Shown piece after piece: positions 26,600 to 43,402 of a DNA stretch of 64,000 nucleotides. Each line of letters starts with the position of its first letter. Within the stretch, counting starts at the first letter, position 1. The notes below the pieces were generated by a model. It was not told where the DNA came from. It did not search any database and saw only the letters and a list, made by a program, of their open reading frames with translations. Origin of the DNA: Epiperipatus broadwayi (lineage: Eukaryota > Animalia > Onychophora); NCBI GenBank assembly GCA_028023455.1, contig JAQFVV010000001.1:6758001-6822000 (forward strand). Direction: 5' to 3'. A program made the translations under genes and the position numbers.

Positions 26600-28450
26600 T
26601 TGTTTGCGGTAATCTGAGCCAGGGTTGGCAAAGCACAACTATAACGAATATTAGCAAATAAATTAGCATATCTGCATGCATATAAACATACATTAAAATA
26701 GTCACTGATTATCATAAATTTGCATATTTTCATGTGTAAATTGACATAGCAGCTTGGCTATGTCATTAGACTAAAAACAAATGCTTGCTGAGAGGAATGC
26801 TATTGACTTTTATTATTATGGAATTATTAAAATTAATTATATACCAAGCTTCTTTTATTTGTCGTTTCTTATTATTACTTTCTAAGCAAATAATTTTTGC
26901 ATCAGCAGGTTTCAAGATAAGACCAGATTTTTTTCTCACAATCTACATAACACCGAGGTATAAACATTGTTAAGCTTTGCTGGGTGATTCTTGATTTTAA
27001 GTTTGTACATATCTCTACATAGTATCTGGTATTGCAAAATTGACAATCCAGGATATATAGCAATTGAGCTTTGTCACCATCTTTAATCGTATCTTTGGAA
27101 TTGTTAATAAATCTATTTAGTGACAAGGGGCATCTAAAACCAATATTAAAATCCTTGTACATAATGATATTATTCTTGAATCTATATTAGAAATGTAAGG
27201 TATATTAATCCATGGTTTGGAATTAGATCTTCTATCAGTTTATGCCTATTATTAAATTTTCTTATTTGTTTGTCGAGCATGCCCTAGAATAACTAATTTT
27301 AAGTAAATCTTTTTTATAAGATCTAAATTATTTTTTCTCTGGTTTCAAACTTACAAAGTTTTGAAGTCCTAAACAAAAAGCTATAAAAGTTGCAAAACCT
27401 GCCATTTTATATTGAAATGGAATCTTTGAGTGTAGATACAGATAACCCCTAACACTAAGAAATTTTGCAATCATTAAATAATCAATAATATAATTCTGTC
27501 TTATCAGTTTCAAGTTCAGAAATTTGATAGATTGATTAATGCCCTTCTCTCACTTTAACCATTTGATTTCAGAAAATTGCTTCAATTTGTTAAACATTTC
27601 TTGAATAATCTTTGATTTCAGAAAATTGCTTCAATTTGTTAAACATTTCTTGAATAATCTTAGAGAAAGTGCAAACAAAGATATCATCTGCATATCTAGT
27701 ATATATAACATGTATTAGTATCTGAAAGGGATTAAATAACATCTTTTTCGATGAAAATTATTACTAAGCTACATATTACGCCCACTAATAGACAAGCGCA
27801 TGGGCTAATTTGTAGTCATAGTAAAAGTTTCACCCCTAAGTGTAGCATACTAATTGTCATTGATTCATCACGAAACATTCATAATATATTGATTCCTTTT
27901 ACCACTAATCAAGCTATGCTTCAACAGATTTTGTATAATACTTATAGATCAAATTCTATTAAAACATCCATTGAGTTCAGTCATATCGAAAGAAGATACT
28001 ATGGAGAGACACATGCAATCTTAAAATCGAAAATCACTCAGCATACCTATTTATATAACAGGCTAAATACAACAGTGCTTATATTTCGGTATTTATAGAC
28101 CATGAGAAAAAATTTGGTCATTCTCTTTAAATGTGCTGATGCTAAAATTATTTGCTTAGAAAATAATAATAAAAAATAAAAAAAGTATCACATAATTCTA
28201 GAATTTTATAAATATAAGAGCCAATAGCATTCCTCTCAACAAACACTGATCATTTAATCTAATGACAAATCAACTGCTAGGTCAATTTACATGCAAATAT
28301 AAAAATCTATAATAATCGGTGACTAGTTTATAGTATGTTTACACACATGCTGATATGCTAATGTATTTGCTAATATTCACTATAGTCCTACTTTGACAAG
28401 TACTTTGACAACGATATGTTGTATCGAAAATCTGGCTCAGCATAGTAATA
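26600..28450. mobile_element. Two Penelope-like 3' fragments head-to-head (minus arm about 26600-27660, plus arm about 27700-28450) with homologous pLTRs at the outer ends
   Basis: ORF 26902-27162(-) LLYILDCQFCNTRYYVEICTNLKSRITQQ and ORF 27751-28098(+) RYYGETHAILKSKITQH are GIY-YIG motifs. GYLYLHSKIPFQYK (about 27410) resembles the PLE RT thumb. 26610-26830 is inversely homologous (roughly 75-80%) to 28200-28445. Confidence 0.85.
27562..27659. repeat. Perfect 49-bp tandem duplication near the PLE inversion junction
   Basis: tttgatttcagaaaattgcttcaatttgttaaacatttcttgaataatc occurs twice. Confidence 0.95.
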
Positions 28451-29515
28451 AATATTGTTTTATACTAAAAATGTATTACCGTAATAGCTGATAATTGTCT
28501 ACATTCTCCTGTAAAATATATTTTATTATACATTAATTACAATATATACATATATTATAATTTATTCTTATAAATATAATTATTCCTAAATATAGTTTAT
28601 TAAAATTATATGCTTACGTATAAACTTAGTTTTTAATATTTCATTACATGTAATAAATTTATATATAAATATATACAATAGAAAATCCCATCTATAAAGT
28701 AAAATATGAATTAATATCGAAATATATTTCAACCAATGACTAAAAAAATTAATATGAGACATAGATAGTCGAAAACATGATTTTAACGTTTTCACCTTCT
28801 CACTAGTCCCAATTTAATAGTAAGAAACCTTTTATATAGATGCATATGTATTTATTTTAAGCTATTAAATATGTTTAGCTCATGCAACTACTAAAGTCGT
28901 TATTTGTCAGACTCAAGAGCACCTTGCCAGCTCATATCATCATCATCAACATAATAATAATGGAACTATGATATAGATATACCTATAAAATAAGGACAAT
29001 ATGAGAAACAAATCTGAAATATTAAAAATCTATTTAATCACTTAGTGAAAAATTAAGTCATAAAAGATTATAGTTTTACAAGTCTAAGATTAATTCATAA
29101 TTCATTAATAATCCTATACATTTATACATATGACACGCTATAACACGTAATTTTAAATAAAATTTGTTACAATTTTAATACTCTTGAGAGGTTATAAATT
29201 ATTCCAAACGTGAGTGTGCGCGCGCGTGACTGGAATTGAATTGTAAATGATGGAGATTAAGAGCCTATGGAAGATAAGGCTTTCAAATCTTACTGTGTGC
29301 CTACATACACGATTTTAATTTTTAATAAATGGCTGGAATAGAAGAGTTTTGATATTAATCCCAATTTTTCTCAATAGATAGTTTTATAATTTATTTTACT
29401 TTATACTATTACAAACTTTTTTATTATATTTCATTTACACATATTATAGATTAAATTCTTGTTATGTGGAGTGCACAGTGGAATGGACTTTATTTCCGGA
29501 TGAGAAGAAGTAAGC

Positions 29516-31996
<2,481 letters not shown>

Positions 31997-33301
31997 TCAA
32001 TGAGTGAATGGATGAATAGATATTTATAGACAGATAGACCTATAGATAAAATAGATTGGAATGTAGGTAAATAGATAGATAGGCAGGTAGAGTATCCTAA
32101 AAATATATATTTAAGTGTAGAAAAATAATAATGAGAATTACTTTCCAATCATGCCTTTAAGATTTTCTTTTGTTGGTGATTTATTCCTGCAAATTTGGAC
32201 AAATGATTTCATAGTCCTTACATTAAATAATCTTTTAATGATTTTGTCTTCATTTAGCAAAGATACCCAAATTTGTAGGAACCCTTATGCAAAATGAATA
32301 ATTTTTTTTATAAATAAACTAGGAAGGCTTTTTAACTTGCCAGAGTTTTACCATGAACTGGGTCATCTACTTATATTCCTATAATGTTTCTTTTCTTAAC
32401 AAGCTCCCGTGCTCATATCATTTGTTCTAACCATTTTTATTTCCATTGCAGAAATTATGTGCTTGTTCCGCTCACTTTTGAAATCATATCTGAGCATATA
32501 TCGTGATAAACCTTTTTTGTTCTGCTGTTTTGAATTAATGGTAGTAAAGACCAGCTTTTTATTTTCAAGTTTTTAGTGCCTATCTTATCATCTTCATGTA
32601 CTGTATTTTGCTCATATCTATCATATTTAATAGCTTTGGTTTTGTTCTATGTCCAGCTAATCTGTGACTATCATAATGTGCTATATGGTCTTGGCTAATT
32701 AAGCTACAATATCATGATAAGTTGCCCTTCCAATAAAAAAAGGCTATTAAGGTTTTATTTTCTGATCTATCTTTAACTAACTTCACTTTATGCTTTACAT
32801 TGGACACTTATAAACTACTTAGTATTGACAATCTATAATTCTCATTTGTATAAGGTTTTACGGATAAAAATTCCAACAATTCTAAAGAACTTTATAAAGA
32901 TTATTACATGCTATAGTTATCTTTTCTTTCATTGCTAAGTAAAAACTTTTTAAATCTATTCAGGTGCTCTGAAGAATTTACTCCTGTGCCTTCATTAAAG
33001 ACATTAAACTGGATAAACTTAACAATAGAATTTGTATTTGATTATGATGTTATTTGTTAACAAGAGAAATACTCTCTCTCTATATATATATATGTGTGTA
33101 TATATATATATATGTGTGTGTGTGTGCGTGTGTGTGTGTGTGTTTTGTCCCCAATGTCATCATTCTTGGAAATTAACACAAATATTCTTTCATTTTCTTG
33201 ATTAATAACAAAGACAAATTTTATGAAGAAATAAATATACATAAAAGTAAAGTTAAACCGGTGAACTTATGAAACCTTCTAATAAATGAAAAGAAATCAA
33301 C

Positions 33302-36140
33302 TTTTTTATTATTATTAATGAAATCTATTTATTCATTAGTTTACATAACAAGAAAATCAATTGACAGTTACATGATTGTTGTTGAGGTAAACATAGAAAG
33401 AAAAGGAAACTATGACATTACATTTATGAAATCAAAGCGCGATTGTCTTTGTCTATGTTTGTCAGATCATCCAGAGAAATCTGTTCCCGTGTGTCTGCAT
33501 ACAGTTTGTGGGATGTTATTAGAAAGTCTCTGGTTTTTAGACCGCAAAGGTGTTTCTTGAAGACTGGCCATGGGTCCGCTGAGTTGTCTCGAAAAACACT
33601 GAGACACCTGGTCAGCCACTTTGCAAAGAGAATTATGAATGCCATTTGAATTATAGCAAATTCTCCAGTTCTCAGTGCCCCACTGATGTCCAGTATCTGA
33701 GAACATCCCGACCTGATACTAGATATTAATCTCATTTCTATGTCTCTGAATTTTGAGCAACAAGAAATAAGGTAATCAATATCCTCCTCCTCCTGGTTGC
33801 ACAATGAGCAGATGGGAGAAATGCACTTAAATCCCCTATGATCTACCAAGAATTGACTTGTTGGAAGAGCATCCAGACTGAATTTGATAATAAAATTTAG
33901 TAGGCTGACGTCTAATGACCAGTGTCTGGACTTTTTTATCAATGACTTTAAGGTTAATTCTAGCCTGATTGGGTTACTCTGCTGACTGGGATGCATGAGT
34001 TTGTAAGCATCCCAGTACCTAATCTTCCTTTCAAAAAGATCTTTTTTGGCAGATATGAGCCCTGCCACGTGATCCTCTATTTCTGCTACCCACCTGTTCT
34101 TGTTAGGCGGTGGGGTATTGTTGGGTGGTGGGGTGTTGGTGGGTTCAACTGAAAGGGAATTTTGGCTTCTATCTTGTAGATCTTTAGATACCTTCAGAGT
34201 AGCTATTGTCCTCTACATAAACAGCACCTGAAAGTCATGCAGACCAAGACCATTTAAGTCCTTGGGTTTTCTCATTCTATTGAGGCCTATACAAACAATT
34301 CTACCAGGTGATGATTTCCATAACACTTTTGTGCACTGTGACCCTATTTTATTTTGGAAGGTCCTGGTCAGCCTAATAAATGGTAGATAATATGCAATTC
34401 TTGGGAAGACCAGCATATTCAACAGTGTCACCTTGCTTGTGAGTGACAGGGAGATTGAGGATAAGGTGCCAGCCACATTGCTGGTCCTTTCTAGTAGCAT
34501 GGATTCTATCTGACATCTCATTGCTGACCGTGACAACACCACTGGCAGCCCCAGAAAACTTTGGGGTGTGCCTGTGAAATTAGATGTAATGGTTTTGCCA
34601 CTGCAGGTCTTCCAGATTGCTGTCTTTGCTGGATTCACTTTCAGATGGTACTTAATGGCACACTGTTCTAGAAGCACATGTAGCTGTGGAAGATGCTTTG
34701 CAGATGGGAGGATGATGGTTACATCATCTACATATGATATATGGTGAATTACCTCCCCCAGTGCTGGGATAAATACTCCAGGCAGCCTTTTCTCCACCTC
34801 TTTCAAGAAGGGGTCAATATATGTTATGAAACACAGGGTGCTTAGTGGTGCCCCTGTGGTATGGAGATGTGTGGTTGAAATCCAGGGGCAAGAGATCCAT
34901 CTAAAGATACATTCATACTTCTGTTGAGGAGCAAATTAGCGATGATATTAATGTAGACCAATGGAACTCCATAGTGCCTGAGAACTGCGAAGAGTTGAGC
35001 CGGCACCACAGAGTCAAAGGCTGCTGCAAAGTCTAACTGGACAACCACTAGTAAAGATTTTCTTTTTTCCCTTATGTAGTAGAGTGTTACCATGAATTTG
35101 TAAACAGCATCTTCAGTAGAATGACCCTTGTGGGCAAATTGATGCCTGGAAATTTTATCATGCAGCTGCTGCTGAATCTTGTCTTTTATTATTGATTCAA
35201 TAGCTTTAATCAAGAGTGGTGTCATAGAGATTGGATGCAAGTTTGTAAAATCAGGTGGGTTCACTTGTTTTTTAGGAAGGGCACAAGGGCAATCGGATAC
35301 AAGTCAGGGATGGGCTGGTACCTCCCTGCCAATACACCAATTAGCCCCTGTACCACAGGTGCAGTGAATCTGCATAGGTCGACCAGGACAAATGTTGGGA
35401 TCCCATGTAGTCCAGGGTGTGTTTTCTCAGGATAATCCAGCAGCTTCTGCATGATGAGGTCTTGTGTAATTCCATGATCACCCACCTCTTCTTCTTCCCA
35501 CCAAAAGTCTCCTATACTGAATGGCTCACATTGTAACTTATCCTTAAAATGCATGAAAATTTTGTGTAACATTGCTTCTCCTGTGTAACTGTATTCATTT
35601 ATGATGATCATGAAGGGTGTGGGTCTTTTCCTAGCACCAATTGCCCACCAGAGATAACTTCGTGTCCAGTTGTGCTGTGCTGCCAGATGTACTTGGCCCT
35701 CTTTACTGCTATGTATTGTGCCAGCACCCCCTGTCTTTCTCTATATTGACCCTTTAGACTCATGATCTCCCTGACACTAGCTCCCACAGCTGAGCAACCT
35801 GGTTGCCTATTGTGTCTAATTCCTTGAGTAGCCTGATCAGACCCTTGGTGCACGTGGTGAAGGTGTCGATCAGACCACTCAGCACACCTACAAAGGCCAA
35901 CCAGGCATGGACAGATGGTAGTGACAGAAGGCCTATTTTATGGAACAGAATGTAGGCCTCAGAGAAAATCCACTCAGTTGTGTTGGCTTTGTTTAGCATT
36001 CTGATGGTTCTAGACTGTTGAAGTGAAGTTAAAGGCACCTGGTTTAGGTTGAGAGATATCAACACGGCCAAGTGATCAGAATACGGTACCAATTGGAATG
36101 AAGCATGTAGGATATGATGAAGTTCTGGAGACTATAGAAC
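33302..36140 (-). mobile_element. 5'-truncated L1/Tx1-like LINE ORF2 (end of APE endonuclease, RT, C-terminal zinc knuckle), broken by a few frameshifts and stops
   Basis: Collinear ORFs: SDHLAV (APE end); HPISMTPLLIKAIE, QFAHKG, QLDFAAAFDSV, IPQG and SYVDD (RT); CSLCNQEEEDIDYLISCC (CCHC-type tail). 3' UTR has AATAAA and ends in (aat)3-A6 at about 33302-33318. Confidence 0.92.
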
Positions 36141-37828
36141 AGAAAAGAAATCAACTTAACACTGTTAAATGTTTTTATTATTGATTGAAAAATATTAATG
36201 CTAATTATTACACGATCAAAAAGTTAAAAAAATATAAGGAAAAAAGCGTACTGATTATAAATCTTAAAATTAAAAAACAAAAAATTAAATATTATATATA
36301 TGCAAATAATTTTTAGTTTCTGGAAAAGTCATAGATAAAGTACATCATGTAAATGATTTTATAGAAATTGTCTAAACGTATTATGAAAAAATTGGAAATG
36401 GTTCAAAAAAATTGAAAAAAAAAGTCAGAATGATTATAAAAAATTGGATGGCAAGAAAATGTAAATAAATTATAAACTATATTCATTAACTATTAACTTT
36501 TTTTCTAATTTTTTTAATTCCTTCTCTTGACATGTTAATTTTTGATCGATTGTTTTGTTATATTTTCCATCACACTTTTATTTTTGTGTGCATCTTTCCT
36601 TTTTATGATATTTATGTTCTTCTCTAAATTATATTGATCACGTTATACTTTTTAAAAAATATTTTGTAAATCCTCAAAATGTTTTCCTATTCTGATAGAT
36701 TTCTGGTTTTATATTTTATTTTAATTCATTTCATGTTTATATTTATGTAAATATATTTGCATCTCTTCTCTGCAATCTTTATCCCTCATATTTCCTATTT
36801 TATTACTTAAGTCCTCTAAGTTTTATTGCACTTCTTATTTTAACTCTTCAAGATTTATTTCAATTTATTTTCTAAGTGTTCCATTTTATTAGTCGTTGGT
36901 CTGAATATTTTTAAATTTTTGGCTTTCATTTTACTAGCATCTGTAGTTCATAAAATATTATTGTGTTAAAGATTATAAATACTATCGATCAGATAGATCA
37001 TATATTACTTTGTTTGAAACCTATAAGAATAATTTCTATACATTAAAATATTATACCAATATATTTATTTGAATTTATATAAAATTTTGGATTACTTTTA
37101 ATGCTTTACATTCAATTCTCATCGCTGCTGGTAAGAATATCTCTTACTGTTCTTCAAATATTTTAACAATAGCAAATTAAAACTTCATGTTGTAATTTAA
37201 AAATATCTGGTAGTCTAAAATACATAAAAGGCAGACGATATGGATATTGCGCTAGATGGATTTAATTTTTCAAGATGTTATGTAGACATAGATATAAATC
37301 ATGAAACACATAGTTATCTATAGCTATGATGATAGAAATAAAAGACTTAATAAGACTAGTATGATTGATTGGAATCTCTACGAGTTCCTTTATATTTTGT
37401 TAATAATAAACTTGATTAAATAAAATTCATATCTAAATAAATAACTAAACTGTTAGGTTTAACATTTAATTTATACTTTGTAAAAATTACTTTCATATTT
37501 ATGAATTCTTATTGAAATTTAAAATATATTTAAATTAAAGATTTAAGAAGTTATATCATTTTTGGAATTTAAAAAGGAATAAAGTTTGATAGAAATATGC
37601 AGATTTGTTATTATAATAAACAAGTATTTATTGACAATAATTATTGCTAAACTGTAATAAAATATAAACATTAGTATGAAAAAATATTAGAAATTGGAAA
37701 TATTTACAATTTTAATCTAATTAGTATAGATTTTATTTTCACAATTTTATATTTAAAAAAAAAGTCATTTATTGATATTTCAGTTGTTAGTTATCAGATA
37801 GTAGTAGAGTATATTTATGTTTGCGTAG

Positions 37829-38052
37829 AAATAAAAGGACAAAAAAGACTATATGCACCTATGAAGGTATGTTGATATAGCATTTGCTAATCCAATATAA
37901 AATGAATTCTGTTTATTTTAATAAGAATAGAAATTGTAGCTAATAATTGATATAATGATAAAAACGAGTAATTTTATGTGATTCTATTTATTTCATAGGA
38001 TTTGCAGTCTCGAAGGATCATCCCATCTAATCTTATTAAAATAATGAAGTAG
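37829..38052 (+). CDS. Candidate terminal exon pair of an unidentified gene
   Basis: gcgtAG, 38-nt exon, GTATGT donor, 132-nt intron ending tttatttcatAG. In-frame reading (E)IKGQKRLYAPMK-DLQSRRIIPSNLIKIMK*. No upstream exons identified. Confidence 0.3.
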
Positions 38053-38410
38053 TTCTAGAAATGACATTCTCCTTTTGTTTATTATTTAATTTTACTAAAG
38101 TGATAAAGGATATCAGGAATAATTATTTTTATATATATTTTCTTAGAATTATAGAGGATAAAATCTGTATGATTTATTGCTGTAAAAGAGGTTATACTAC
38201 ATTCCAGTGATAGTGATAAAAATCATCTTATCATTTTTAAATTTTATTGTATTTGAGTAAGGACTTCTAGTTATTAAGGAAAGGAGATTATGTATATATG
38301 TGTGTGCAAGATATTACTACCTATGATAATGACTATATTTTATTTTATCAAAACCATATTTTGGACAAATATTAAATACTGGAGTTCTTAACATTCTATT
38401 GATACTCATT

Positions 38411-38423
38411 TATTATTATTATT

Positions 38424-38458
<35 letters not shown>

Positions 38459-38464
38459 TATTAT
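38411..38464. repeat. (ATT)n/(ATC)n microsatellite
   Basis: Direct reading. Confidence 0.95.
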
Positions 38465-39299
38465 AAGCTTTAGAAATGTACATTTTCTTATAATTTGAAC
38501 ATGTATATTAATATAATAAATTACAAATTAACTAAAGTAATAATTCTCCTTGTATCTATGCATTGGATAATATACTCATAATAAACTTATAAAATGTATT
38601 ATTTGACTTGCTTTATTATTTTGTCTCAACTGATGAAATGCAGCAATTGTGAAGTTATATATTATGATATATACAAATAATTTTTTTTATTATAACTTAT
38701 ATTTAAATACTTTTAAGACAGGTTTTAACTTGAATCATATGTGTCTTGAAATTATAATAGTCAAACAGTATCTTTAATTGCTGATAGAGAGATCTCTCAA
38801 ACCATAACACAAGATAGGGACTTTTATAAAGATAAGAGTGTTTTATCTTTAACCTAACTTTCCACTTATTTAGGCCAACCTGAAGCATCTTGATTTGGGA
38901 GCTGAAACTGTTATTCTCTCCACTGTTTAAGTCCACTATTTTTCTTACAATTTAACCTTTTTACAACAAATTAATATTATGATCTTTATACATTTGTATC
39001 ACAATCCAAGTAATACCAACAGTTTTACAAGAACACTAGTGCTAGAAATTATTTTAGATCTAACTTTAGATAAATGAAAAATATAAATTAGACTACGATT
39101 CAGGCTTCCTCCTAATTAATATGAGTAGGATTGTATTTAACAAAAATTGTAGCAATTACAATTATATTTTGATTGGGATGTGTTTTCCTTTTGTTTAGAT
39201 AAAATATTAAGCACACTATATTGGTTATATTAAAAATAAGATCTCAAACTTTGTAAAAGATTTCCAAACTTTTTATGTCCTTGTTGAGAAACTTTTATA

Positions 39300-40020
39300 T
39301 TTCTGGAAATAATCTTTTTTGTAGATTGCAGTTTATGGGTAATAAAAGAATAAACAAAATAGTATTTAATTGGGTTATGAGTAAAAGCATGCAATAAGAT
39401 GGGTGAGAAAGGTAATGCAGTATGCAAAAGATTTGAATAAAGAATTTATATCAGTATATTTGTATAAAAGATTGGGTGATTGTGTTAGGAGGATTGTTGA
39501 GTGTTATAGTGATAAGGAATGGGATAAAAGAATAGATTCATTAATAAAGAATAGAGAGTTAGAGAGATGGAAAACTAGTATGGAGAGTAAAAAGAGTTTA
39601 AATATGTATAGAAGTAAACAGAACATTAGGTGCGAGTTAATATATGATAATAGTAAGGAAAGTAGTTTATTGTTTAAGGCTCCAATGGGATCTTTAGTAA
39701 CAAGAGAAAATACATATAAATGGAAAAATATGAGTGATTTAGTCTGTAAATAGTGTAAGGAAGAAATAGAAAATATTAGGCATTTGTTAATTGAAAGTAA
39801 ATGTTTGAAAACAGAAAGGGTATAAATAATAAAGTTATGGAAAAATAAATATGAAAAAATTGATTATACAGAAAGTGGATTATTGGTTTTTATGCTGGGT
39901 TTGGGAAAAGATAAGGGGGATTTGGATATAAAGGCCCTAGAATTTACAAAGATTGTTGTGGAAATGATATGGAGCAGAATATGGGAAAACTTAGAGTGGG
40001 GAATGAAAGGTAAAGTGGCT
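39300..40020 (+). mobile_element. Non-LTR retrotransposon ORF2 C-terminal relic
   Basis: WKTSMESKKSLNMYR...IYDNSKESSLLFKA...LVT...VCK*CKEEIENIRHLLIESKC: post-RT region with CxxC-E-H-C zinc knuckle; strongly G/A-skewed. Confidence 0.8.
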
Positions 40021-41399
40021 AACAGGTTTCTCTGGGCATAGTTGCTGAGAGATTCTTGACTTGATTTAAGAAGTCACAGTACATCACATCGCATCAGTTC
40101 TATTGTTTTGTTTTGATTTTGGAAATGAAAAGATATAATTCTCTAAACTTTTTTACATTTTTTTTTCACAAAATATTTATTAAATATTAATTATTTAGAT
40201 GTTAGTAGAAAATATTTACTTTTAATTAATTAAGCATGAGTTAAATCTATATTAATAAAATTTTATTCTGCATATATATTTTCATTGGCTCACTTGCTAA
40301 GGATTTTTCCTTGGAAGTGTAAGGATGTAATTTTGAGTTCTAAATGGAAATTAATTTGTTTTCATTGTAAAAACAATTCAAAAATGTGAACATCCCAACA
40401 GATACACAGACAGGGCAAGTTCATATAAAAACATATAAAATATAAAAAATTTAATAATTTCATGTTTAATGAATAATTGTTAGGTTTGACTTATCAATTA
40501 CATTAATATAGAAATATTTAAATTTCATCACTTGCAATAAATATGCTTGATATTTGTAGGGATATTAAAAATAGTTATAATGATTCATGCAGTAATAAAT
40601 CAAAACATTTAAGTTAATAACAACAATATAAATTTAGTAATATAAACATTTATTTCTGGTGATTAAAATAAAGAATAATTTATAACAGCAAATAACATCA
40701 TATAATATACATTTATAATTCACCCTAACTATAGTATAATTAGATATGATATATAATTTATAATTAAAATTATAAATGCTTATAATCAAGAAAGAATTAA
40801 CTATAGATTTTTTTATAATAAAAAAATAAAATATACAAAAAAAAATTAATATTATCTTAAAAAAATAAAAATTAAGAATAATTTTTATAAAGGTATTTAC
40901 ATATATATTGTACCGGTATAAATCCACCACGCTTACTCATACACAGTACCCGAGTTCAAACCCAGTCCACGTTTAAGAATAAATTCCAAAACGCCAACTA
41001 AATTCAAACCCAAACCCCGGTATGACCAACCGATGATGACTTTATAACAGCACGGGGTTATCCCTTTACTAGCTCAACTCAGAACACAGACTAAATTACT
41101 TACAGTTTTATATATAGCTCTATTATACTCTGGATATTGGTACGGTCATTAATGTAATGTATATATTTAAGTTGCCAATACAGACAGTAGGTGACTAAAT
41201 AGACTTCGAGAGTAATGAGTTGGAAGACACAAAATTAGATTAAATAAATTGTTTAATAATAAATAGAAAGCATAAAAATATAGTATTCAAAAGTACGGTA
41301 AGATTTCCATAAATATTCTATTATAATTAGCTACTAGTCTTTAGTAATCATTTTACCTGGTAAACAAACTCATACCAATATTTGTGTAGTGAAATGATT

Positions 41400-43380
41400 G
41401 ACGGGTGGCTAAGGGAATCAGAGCATTTGAGCATTGAAAATATTTATCTATGATTTTTATTAAGTTATTTTATTCGAATAGATTCGAACCATTGCGTGTA
41501 TGAATAGTTGGAGGGTGGCTTCGTATAATTATGATATCTAAGATTGATGTACTAGTGGTTGCCTAGATTGAAGAGCCCTACAGTAATCACTTGCGGTGCA
41601 TCAAAGGAATACCGGGCGGCTTGTACTTTGACAAGGCTTAATGCCCCCAAGTAGCTCCGGGACACTACAACCAGCCGGGATCATTTCGGACCCGGTGATC
41701 CGAGAGATAACCTGGGAAAGAATTGCTTTCTTCCCCATATGGTAGTATGGCGAGACGATAACTTCGGCGAAGGGAAGGCATTGCCACAGTCATCGAGGAC
41801 GAGTGCTTGAAGTGGATTTGAAAAGGAATTATACCAAACCTGGGTAATCAATTCGTCTATTTCTGCGCAACAGGCTGATATAACTATTCCAATAAAACAT
41901 GGCGGAATCAAACTGACCGCGAAAGCAATAATTAATTAAGTTTACTCTGAAACCCCTAACCCCCCAGGTTGTTCAGGTGGTAGCGATTATAACAAATTAT
42001 ACACTGAACACTATTTCTCATTTCATGTATGAAACCAAGATAATAACTTAAAACCCTTTTACATATTTAAGATTGAAGTATCAGTTACAATAGAATGACA
42101 AAACTAAAAAAAACATAATAAAGTGATTTAATATCTGCCAACTCAATATATGAAATAATCTTTAATTTAATCGAACTTCCTTTTAAAATAACTATAATCA
42201 ATATTATAAACTAGCTTTAAACAGAGTTGGGAAATATTCTATTGGCATCGTTTGTTTATAGCATAAGTAATAAAAGAAAAAAAAAATATAAATGTCTTCA
42301 TTTGAATTATTATTAGTAGATACAATATTCATAAACTATTTTCTAAAGACTAGAGCAGAGGAAAAGGAGAAAAGAAAATTTACTGACAGGTTTGAAACAG
42401 TAGCATTATAAACGAAACAAAACTTACATGTGATTCATTTGATTGACAGATTAACTTATAACATTAAGCTCGGGAGGAAGTTAAAAGTTCATGTAACACA
42501 GTTACCCTTCTTTCTTCATCCGGCTTGGCTTCTCACGATGGTATTTCTGACGAACGTAGGCGCGCATTTGAAATTTACTTGGAAGGCATAGTCAATTTGG
42601 AGATTGGAAGCTGGAAATTGTGAAGCACATAAAACATGATCAGTCAGCGGCACGAAGATTCAAATTGGCAGGACAGAGATCAGCTCCTGGCACTTAGCCC
42701 ATCGACATTATGGTTTACTGGTGGACTTCTTAACAAAAGTTGTAGCGATTTTTCTAGCAACTGCTGTGCTGTTTTGAGACGATCTACTCTCAGCCACGTC
42801 AAAAGTTAGAATGTTAGTTTTTTCTAAGATGGCCACGGTTGACCTTTCTGCCTGGTTTTTGTTTTAGGCTCCGCCTACTTTTCTCTAGCCTTCAGCAATC
42901 CAGCTTGACCATACAATATCAATTATCCATTTCCATTGTTCCGTTTTCAGCTATCTTTAACTTTAATACGCAATTTTAAATTGACAAAGTAATTACAAAT
43001 ATAAATTCCTTATCTAATTTCGAATACAACTTAATTACTCTATACATTTGTACAATACAGATTTTAATTAAAAACACTGATCAAAGGAATGTGACTTTTG
43101 ATCAGTATTTTTAAACGACTTTGTATAATTCTAAAAGGCTAAAATTTAAGCAAATACACCCGCAATGAAACTTTAAATTAAGCTGATATAAATTCACAAA
43201 CCACGCACACACGAATATTATTTCATGATTTGTGATATTTATACACGGAATCTTTACATATTTATTTACAAAACATAAAATATATAGCTCAATTTTTGTG
43301 ACTTGAAATGGAAAAATCCCATTGCGGGCGAATAGTAGTTCGAATTACCGTACTTAAAAAACACATGAAACTAAGATCGG
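41400..43380. other. Unexplained CpG-rich, GC-elevated blocks (about 41400-41960 and 42450-42960)
   Basis: Dense CpG against a CpG-poor background; only short ORFs; Kozak-like ccgccATG on the minus strand near 41900. Confidence 0.5.
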
Positions 43381-43402
43381 TTCTTCGATCTGTCTGTTTC
43401 AA

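Noticed and set aside
38628-38665. caaCTGATGAaatgcagcaattgtGAAGttatata
   Set aside because: GAAG core, no stable stems, and no flanking homology to family B that I could verify.
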